Origin: the human T2T-CHM13v2.0 reference genome, Homo sapiens
Strand: one strand, 5' to 3'
NCBI RefSeq assembly: GCF_009914755.1
Contig: NC_060931.1
Length of the DNA: 64,000 nt
Made by a program: the position numbers and the translations under genes. Numbering within the stretch: the first letter of the stretch is position 1; every line of letters begins with the position of its first letter. This document shows positions 54,950 through 64,000 of the stretch, one piece after another. The notes beneath the pieces were generated by a model. It made no database searches and had not been told where the DNA came from. It saw nothing but the letters and a program-made list of their open reading frames with translations.

Positions 54950-55358
54950 GAATTTGATTTTTTTGAATTCTACATGTAAATGAGATCATACAGTGTTTGT
55001 ATTTTTATGTCTGACTTCTTTCACTTAGCATATGTCTTCCAGGTTCACCCAAGTTGTTACAAACTGCAGGGTTTCCAATGGTGTGTAGTAAAGGGGATCC
55101 TTGTATCGTGTTGATAGGAATATAAATTGGGACAGCATTATGGAGAACCGTGTAGAAGTTCCTCAAAAAATTAAATATAGAACTGCCGTAGGCTTTATCA
55201 AATCTGCTTCTCAGTATATATCTAAAGGAAATGTAGTCCATGTCTCAAATAGCTATCTGCACTACCATGTTCATTATGGCATTATTCATAATAGTCAAGA
55301 CGTGGAAACAACCTTAAGTGTCCATTGATGGATGAATGGATAAAGAAAATGTGATGTG

Positions 55359-55360
<2 letters not shown>

Positions 55361-55406
<46 letters not shown>

Positions 55407-55420
55407 GCACACAGAGACAC
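55361..55420 (+). repeat. (AC)21 microsatellite with degenerate end, grown within the L1 3' UTR
   Basis: Directly visible. Confidence 0.96.
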
Positions 55421-56549
55421 CCTCTGTTATATGTGTGTATTGTATTATGGAATATTATTTAGCCATAAATAATGAAGTTCACTAATTTTTATTGCCAAAT
55501 CATACTCCATTTTATGAATATATCACATTTTGTTTATCCATTCATCAGTTGATGGGCATCATATTTTTGTGACAGTGAAATAAGACGAAGTATATAAAGT
55601 GCTTTATGATGTCTTGAATATAGAAGCAACGTGTGTTTTGTTGTTTCTTTTCGTCTGGTTGGTAGATTTCTGGTGAATTATCAGCCGCCCCTCTTGCCTT
55701 GTGAGGCAAGGAAAGCAGTCTTATTGAGTAGACCATCTGTCTGCCAGTTCTCTCATGTTAGTCCTCAACTCATGGAAAATCCTGGTGGGCACTCGTTTGA
55801 TACTAGAATTCACACTGCTTTTTTCAGCAGCCAGAAGTGTTTGAGTGTTACCAGCAGTGCTTGTTGTCGTTACAGATGCTCCGTACAAAACTGTAAATGC
55901 TGGGTTTAAAGGGATTGAGGGAGGGAGCCATTGCGGCTTACACAGATGTCAACTAATCTAGTGTTGATCCTCATTCTGAACCTGAGCATTGACACCAATA
56001 TCAAGCTGTGGGGTAGTTATGTTGTGTGCAAGGCTTGGAGGGAAATAGTGCTTTGGCAGTTCAGTGCTTGCCGACTTCACAAAACACAGAAAATTGCTGA
56101 GGGCTTATGTGACAGAAAGTTCATGTTACACATATGGGCATCTTGGCGAGAAAAGCCACTGATCGTCTCAGTGTAAGGATTTGGAATTTCAAAATCCTAA
56201 ATGATTACTAAATGACAAGTAAAATCTTGATTGAGATAGATCGTTGCTAACGTCCAAAGAGATTATCTAAAAGCATTGATTTTTATTTTGTTGGCTGTGG
56301 AAATACCGTGGAATTCATTTATTAAAAGTAGTATGTCTAAGTTTCTACTTATTTTAGATACTGTAATATAAAATTATAAACAAGGCCCAATTGTTGTTAC
56401 CCACTAGGCAGATTTTTTTATTATCCAAGTTTCTGTTTCGGGCCATGAAACAAGTTAAAATCAAAACTTTCGCTGGTTGCCATTTTAAAGATAAATTTGT
56501 TATATAGGCTTTCTAAGCTTGGTTGCCTTGCTCCACAAAGACAAAACAT

Positions 56550-56730
56550 TAATAATAGCTTACATGTATTGAGCAGTGAATCTGTGCTAGGCTTTGTGTT
56601 AACCACTGTATATTTGGATTATCTCATTGATCTAAGGTAGGTACGGTTGTTATTCCCTTCTTATAGGTTAGGAAACTGAGGCTCAGAGAGATTAAGTAAC
56701 TTGCCCAATGTTACACAGCTTGTAAGTGGC
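56550..56730 (-). mobile_element. MIR
   Basis: ggaaactgaggctcagagagattaagtaacttgcccaatgttacacagcttgtaagtggc. Confidence 0.88.
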
Positions 56731-57568
56731 ATTTCTGTTTAAAGCTTCCCATTTTATAAAGTTTTGTGTTTTTAAATATGCTTTAGAATTTTAAGTTTTT
56801 ACTCTGTTATTATTTCGCGAAGTCCTATGTCTACATACACATCAAAGCAATTCTGTGGTTCTTAGGGAATTATTTAATAAATGAAATAGCCATAGACTGT
56901 AATTACATTATGAGTGGCATCTTTTAGCTGTGCCCAGCGGTAGCCCAGTTGCTAATCTTTATCCCTTGAGTAGTCAAGTAGATAAGAAGTGGATAAGCAA
57001 GTGGAGTGGTGGCCACTCAAGCAGGCCTCCACCAGAATAATTCCAAATAACTTCACACAGTGAATTGCAACCCACTCAATCCACTTCACTGGATAGCATT
57101 GCTCAAAAGATATTCTTTTACTCTTTTATCTACCTTGTTGGCAAGCATCCCCAAGAGGTCTTATGCCTGTGGCCTACAGATCAAAGATATTTTCTCAAAT
57201 ACTGGGAACTTTGCTGCTAGTTAGAATTAAGCAAATAAAAACATACACCTCCAGAATGTAAGCAAACTAGTTTAAAACACTCCAGCCATTGTATTACTTA
57301 TGCTTTAAAAGTTTCCCCACAAAACCTCATTAATCATATAAATATTTTGACAAACAGAAAGGGGACAGAGCAGACTTATTATTTTCCATCTTGTATGAAT
57401 GGCTAGACTTTTCATCTGTGCTCTTATCCTAACATGTCTTTAACTCTTCTGTGCTAAGATTTTTATTTAAAAACAAGGAAATTGAGACTCAGTGAGATGA
57501 ACTGCTTTATATCACTGTGGTAAGATGTGTTAATAGCATTTGAAAAGGAAAAGCCAAAATTTTCTTTC

Positions 57569-57901
<333 letters not shown>

Positions 57902-58099
57902 TATTTCTTGATTTTTATTAGTCACCTAGCCTTATTGTAATTTGCACTTATCTACCATTAGAACATCATAAACCCAAGTGATGAACAGAATGGATGTAAC
58001 TTAGTGCGTGTATGTAATGCATATGATGTAACATACATAAAGACAAATGGAAAATGCCTGCAAGATAGTTTCCCTGTTGTCTCATGCCTCAGCAGTAAT

Positions 58100-58290
58100 G
58101 AAACATATACTGAGTGCTTATTGTGGGTCAGTTACTGTGTTAAATGTTTGTCACGAATCATCCCATCCAGTTCTCACAATCAACCTGTCATGTAGGTGCT
58201 ATTTTTGTCCACATTTTTATAGATAAGGTGGCTGAGACTTAGAAAAAGCTAACACCACTTGCCTGTGGTCATAGAGCTAGCAATTAGCAA
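58100..58290 (-). mobile_element. MIR
   Basis: tactgagtgcttattgtg..ttctcacaatcaacctg..tttatagataagg..cttgcctgtggtcatagagctag. Confidence 0.78.
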
Positions 58291-59139
58291 AGCCATTGCT
58301 TCTAACCAGTGTGCATTTTGCCTTGCACAATAAACTACATTAAAAGATTTACTTTAGTTTTTCTACCTCCCAATTGAAGCCACTATCAGATATATAGTCT
58401 AAACTTAGATTTGATTCTGTTTAGAAACACTTAATGTTCCTAATGTTATCAGGAAATTTGCTGTTCATTTTTTCAAGATCTGAGTAGAATGTCACATTCT
58501 CCATGAACTTTCCATGATGCTCTTCTTCCAAATGTTTCTGTAGCACCTGGTTGTAGCCTGGCTCTTAGGATTCCCCTGTCTGTGCTCTGGACTTCTTTAG
58601 AAGCACCTTGTCTGGTTCAGTTACTGCCTTTGTTTGTATTGCTGGCACATTCCTTTGTGCTTGGTGCATAGTAGATAATTAATAGATATTTGTTAAATTG
58701 AACTGGATGCTTAATAAATGTTTGGATCTAATTATGATCTTAACTCTGGTGTGTACTTCAGGTACTTCAGGAAGGTCATTGCAGCATTAGATGACTATGG
58801 AGACCCTCAGTGTTTTAGACTGAGATGACTTGCCATTCCTACAAGAGATCAATTGAATGAATAATTGGGGCTGATTTTTCCCTAAGTATTGCTTAGAACA
58901 TATACTGTTTTTTTTCTCCTCAAAAATTGCCAGTTATATTGCCATACTGGACAAAATAAAACTGTTAGCTATATATCTATATCTATACCTATATAAATTT
59001 TAAAAACGTAGCACAAAGTTTCTGCACCATACTTTGTGAGCAGCTCTGTGTATTCCAAGGCTCAGAAAATCAGACTTTCAAAGCTAAATTTTACCAATAT
59101 ATATCCCATTGAAATTTGCATGAGCAAGCAGAAATAATG

Positions 59140-59340
59140 TGGATGTTGGAGTTAGGTAAATGAATCAAATCCTGGTTCAGCCACTTTCTAGGTATGTGAT
59201 TTTGGGCAAGATATTTAATTTTTTTCAACATAGTTTTTTTATTTTTAAAATGGAAAAGTTATGCACTGGCAGATTTGGAGGATGAAATAATATGTTGGGA
59301 GACAGTGTGTTAAGTTACTTCTCAAAAAGTTCTATTATAA
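59140..59340 (+). mobile_element. MIR
   Basis: caaatcctggttcagccactttctaggtatgtgattttgggcaag. Confidence 0.72.
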
Positions 59341-59645
59341 TTATAGGTTGCTAATTTTTGGCATATTTTCATTTTAAAACTTTTATTCTAATTTCATTCT
59401 TAAACAGTGTAAGCATATTCACAGTAGCTTTTCTGATCACCTTATACCCAAGCACTGCCACATGACTTCTGGTCCAGTGTTCCAAGTGAAGGCCAAGTAA
59501 TGTCAAGGTATGCTGTATACGGATTTTCTAGGAGTGTGAATAAAGAAGAGGAATGGAGCCATCCATGGATGGCAAAGTCATGCCGTTGCAATAAGTACTA
59601 CATTTACATATTTAGTACAGATCCCATCTTAGAAAGGGTGGATTT

Positions 59646-59763
59646 GGTCGGGTGCGGTGGCTTACGTCTGTGTGATTTCAGCACTTTGGGAGGCTGAGGT
59701 GAGCAGATCGCTTGAGCCCAGGAGTTTGAGACCAGCCAGGACAACATAGCAAGACCTGTCTCT
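59646..59763 (+). mobile_element. FLAM_C / AluJ left monomer with atypical 3' end
   Basis: ggtcgggtgcggtggc...agcaagacctgtctct; TSD agaaagggtggattt at 59631-59645 and 59819-59833. Confidence 0.88.
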
Positions 59764-62700
59764 CTCTTTCTCTCTTTTTTTTTAAAGGCTCCCTGCTCAT
59801 GAGGAATGGGGAGAGGGAAGAAAGGGTGGATTTGGAGAAGGTTATAGCAGTGAGTATGGCTGTAAATTTGCAAGGAATAACTTTTTTTATTTCCAACAGT
59901 GATTGCTTTAGATAAATATTTTATTGTAGATTTCAATATTGTTGCAATTGTATTTGACTCAGCAAAAATAGTTTTTATAATTTGTCAACAGAACTTCTTT
60001 AAAATGGCTTCCTAAGTTGTTTCAGCTAATTATGAGGTATGGTGATCTCAACCTCCTTCCAACCACTGGTCCACTCTTGAGTCTTCAGGCTTTTTTTTTT
60101 GCTTCAAGAGTAGCATTGTAAGTTTTTAGTCTTCAGAGAACAGGAAGAATTCTAGTTTCTCAGTTCTTGTTCTGATCAGGATTGTATTTTCTTTTCGTCA
60201 GTTTGTGCTCTGAAACTGCAGGGCCAGGCAGAGTCCATGCTACCTGATAAAGCATCTGGAACCATGGAAAACTGAGGGTGGATATGATGAGCCTCTCTAA
60301 TACCAGAGATAGTGGACAGAAGCCATCCGTTTTGCATTTGGCTTTTTTGAGGACTCAGTAAATCCACACAGAGAATTAGCTAAGGCTGTTTGAGAAACAG
60401 CCTGTGGGATAATGAACACTTTTATGCTTTTTAAAATGACCACGGGGAGCCTCATCAGAAGAGGCGATTCCAGGATTCCAAGATGGCAGCTGGGTTTTTC
60501 ATTGTTCCTGTGGGACTTGCACTGTGAAGTGTGATTGTAGCTGATTTTTCCTTTCAACAGGAATTCATTAGGGGTATCCATTAGCTAATGAACTATTGAT
60601 ATAAGAAAAAAGGTCAGTTATTTTAGAGAGGAAAAATGTGGCTTTAACTCTCGATTATTTGTGTGTTGGGTCCATTTGAAGGCTTCTTCCCCTGGCTCAA
60701 AATCTGGAAAACTGATTTGAAAGACCTTCAGTTTTATTTAGAAAGAAGGAAAAACAGATTATTTCAGTTACTTTATGTTTTGTGATTTTTACTCGATTTA
60801 CCTAAAGAGAAAGTGCTCAGATTTAAATTCTAGGTACCTTCGTTGCTAATTATTTTTTACTGCACTTTTATGGCCATTTTTTATTTCTAAGGATTGAACC
60901 CTTTTTTTTGTAGTTTTCTCTCAAGGGCTAATATTTATATTTTTTTGCTTCCAAAAACTGTTAAAGTCTGAAAGTGTAAATTTATATTTGTGGTGTTTAC
61001 TTTGTCCTTTAAATGTTTTTGTGTACCCATACTTTTTGTCATAAAGATGGAAAAATGATATTAAATTAACCAAATGAAAGTAATTAATGCTGAACATTCA
61101 CTAAATTATTAAGATGTTAATGTGATTCCAAATGCAGATAGTTCATGGGCAGCAGCATGTGTCCTGGGACTCCCCCTCAAAGGTTGGCAAGGTTTGGGCA
61201 ATTTTGAGGGAGGGAGTTAATTCTTAAGTAGTAAGCTTTTTCGTTTACCTCTACTATTTATAAGCTAATATGCAGGATCATTGTAAATTAGTGAAAAGTG
61301 CATTCCATTGAACTAGTAGTTGTAATACTGGGTTAAATATCTAAGTTGTGTGACTTTGGGCATGAGTTTCTGCCTCTGTGGGTCTTATTTTTCCCTGTTA
61401 TCAGAACTGTAGCATTGGACTAGATCATGTTTCCTTGTGTGTTTTTTGGAAAATGTGACAATATACTAGGACCTACATGAAGTCACAGTATAAACACCCA
61501 AGGGACACAACAGGCATATCTTCCTGCCTTTCATATCTATTCACTTGAGGCTTTTGGTAAGACATTAATTTTATACTTAAGCAAACATATTAAAGACTGA
61601 AAGGAACTCATATATCTTCATATAGTGTTAAAGATATTAACACAAAAATGAAAGAAATATTGTCCATACAGCAGGCCACAGATAGATATCCCTTGTTTTG
61701 TGATCAGTCTTTTCTGCTATGGAGGGCACTTTGGACACATTTGAGGATCACTGCATTAGATGACAGGAAATGTGTTTCTTCCTATGCTCAAGTTGTGTAG
61801 CCATGACATTTGAGGATATTTACATTTTGAATTTCCCTCCTCCCTCCCCTAAATTAGTGGCATGTTCTAGAGAAGGGTTCATGTGCTTTATTTACATAAA
61901 ACCTATCTCAATGTTGTTTGATAAGAATCTGTTAAGAGATCTTGTCCTAAAAGGATGGCACTTAGTGTTGGAACTGGAGAATGGTGGGGTGTGAGGAGTT
62001 AAAGTAATTCCCTAAGCACACTAGACACGCCTGATGCCCCTTTCAAGCCAGTCTGCTTCCACGTGGTGATTCTTTCTGATTCCCATTATCACTGTGTCCC
62101 CCTCACCCCTGCCATTTAGCCTAGATTCTGGCAGAATGGAAATCCACGTTTCTGAATTTAGTATGATTTTTTTTTCTTTCCTTCTATTCTCAGCAACAAT
62201 AAGTACTCTTGATGGCAGCTGCTGTATTAAGCCCAAGAGCTTAAAAGATTAAAGAAACCACTAACAGCAGTAAGGAGGAAGTTTAAGGGCCTGTTTTTCT
62301 GAAGGTTTGTGTTTTCATTCTGATGGTTGAGTAGAAAATTACAAACAGGTTGTGTTCGGCAGCTGGAATGCTCTCCAACATCTGGGGAGACCCAGCCTTC
62401 TGTTTATTTCCCATTCATTGGAAGGGTGGCCAGCCAGTAGCAGAAACTGCAGGCAGAGATACTAGAACTCTTTGGGTACATAAGCCGTTAGAAATTCTTT
62501 TTTTGTAGAAATTTCTTCATAGAAATACCTTGTTCTCTATTTTTTCATAAGCTTGACTGAGCACTTAACTTCAGGTCAGTTGCTGAGGAAGAGGTCTGAA
62601 GGTAATATTAGTACCCCCCCAACTACTTTCAGCTGGAAACAAGAGTTGTTTGGGCCCTTACTGAGTTCCTACTTTAGAGTCAAGGGCTGGCCTTCCCCTG

Positions 62701-62835
62701 CATCTGTCTGCATATACCTCACAGCTGAGCAGATAACATATTTGTGCAGCTATTCCCTTATGATTTCCTCTCTATTAGAGAGAGGTGGAGCCTATGACAG
62801 ACTGCAGAGTGTTTGCTCCATTCTTCCCCACCCCG

Positions 62836-63060
62836 TAGCTTTACTGAGGTATAGTTGATAATTAAAGTATTTACATATATTTAAGGTATATAGCTTGATT
62901 ATGAGATATATAAGTATACATTGTGAATATTCAAAATCAAACTAATCAATCACTCCACATAGTTACCGCTTTTCTTTTTATAGTGAGAATACTTAGTATC
63001 TACCTTCTTAGCAAATTTTATTTATGCCACATAGTGACTATAGTTAACAATATTATATAC
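62836..63060 (-). mobile_element. L1MA(8/9-like) extreme 3' end
   Basis: agctttactgaggtatagttg..catatatttaaggtata..catagttacc..gtgagaatactta..tctacc. Confidence 0.78.
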
Positions 63061-63074
63061 TCAAACCCAGTTAT

Positions 63075-63371
<297 letters not shown>

Positions 63372-64000
63372 CGAGAATGGTGCCTTGTTCTCAAAACCAT
63401 TTTGTAAAAAGTAATGTGCTGGCCAAATAAAACAGAACGCCAGTTTGTTATTTTTGGACAGCTTCATTATTTTGTACATGGGAAAAGAGAAGTTCGAAGT
63501 TTTGCCTTATGCAAGGTCATAAAGCTGGTCAGTGGCCCAACCAGGTTTAGAACCTTTATCTTTGGGGCTATTTGAGAAATTCAAGTGATCCCAGTTCAAT
63601 CATTAGTGGCATTTGTGGTCTTCAGTCTGCACTGAGCAAGGGTTTCATGTTTGGTGTCTAATATTTTAGGATTATTAGAGCTAATCTAGCCTTTGGAGAA
63701 GCCAAATGGATTTTGGGGGTTGTCTGTAAGAACCCATCATGATGGCTGGAACAGCTCTTAAGTGGAACTTCTACATAAATCAACTTGCATTTGTTCTGTA
63801 ACACCATGTGAATTTTCCTGAATTTCCAAGTAAATATATTTTGCATATTGCTTACAAATTGCTTAGGCTGTCTTCATGAATAATGAAAGCTGTGCTGTAG
63901 GAAGCTGGATATTAAGAAGGGGTGTTTTTAAAAACAGTATTTCATTTCTTTTGCTTATATTTTCTGTAGCCTCAAGGGTGTGTTCAGAGGTGGTAGGGAG

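Larger units (their letters stand above)
54255..55476 (-). mobile_element. L1MA(8/9-like) with 5' inversion: antisense 54255-55076, sense 55077-55476
   Basis: The two segments abut in the L1 consensus (..agccataaa..aatgaa | gaaatcctg..tttgcaacaac..) but lie on opposite strands. Confidence 0.82.
53895..55560 (-). mobile_element. L1MB-type 3' end (53895-54242, resuming 55477-55560)
   Basis: ctaggcaaccactgatctactttctgtct, gacatttcatataaatggaat; continues tttttattgccaaat..tttatccattcatcagttgatgg after the nested L1. Confidence 0.85.

Noticed and set aside
53145-55700. CTCF-like motifs at ~53146 and ~55685
   Set aside because: Three or more mismatches, or a spacing error, in the core.

Overview
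Human-type (primate) genomic DNA from inside the very large neurodevelopmental gene AUTS2, on the + strand. I recognise the gene from memory of the protein. The only protein-coding sequence I can support is one 213-bp phase 0/0 exon (8093-8305, AUTS2 exon 2: [15 protein letters not shown]...KMPKALRQ). It is flanked by the end of intron 1 and ~56 kb of intron 2. The rest is intronic: about 20 Alu/FLAM elements, several old L1s, solo LTRs (MER34-type, MLT1A, MLT2, THE1B, two MER52), DNA-transposon fossils (MER2, MER5, MER94), L2/MIR remnants and microsatellites. All other ORF-track entries are repeat-derived or chance ORFs. The most unusual structure is a ~630-bp fold-back at 35356-35984. It is a 204-bp L1 segment duplicated in inverted orientation (~88% identical by hand alignment) around a 221-bp (TA)-rich spacer, predicted to form a cruciform or a long pre-mRNA hairpin. 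Other notable items: a TSD-flanked Alu monomer with no poly(A) tail, a twin-primed 5'-inverted L1MA, an Alu associated with a deletion in its host LTR, a three-level nested insertion, and a dense NK2-type motif cluster. I found no clear new multi-gene system. Repeat subfamily names were assigned by eye from remembered consensus sequences, and boundaries without TSDs are approximate.
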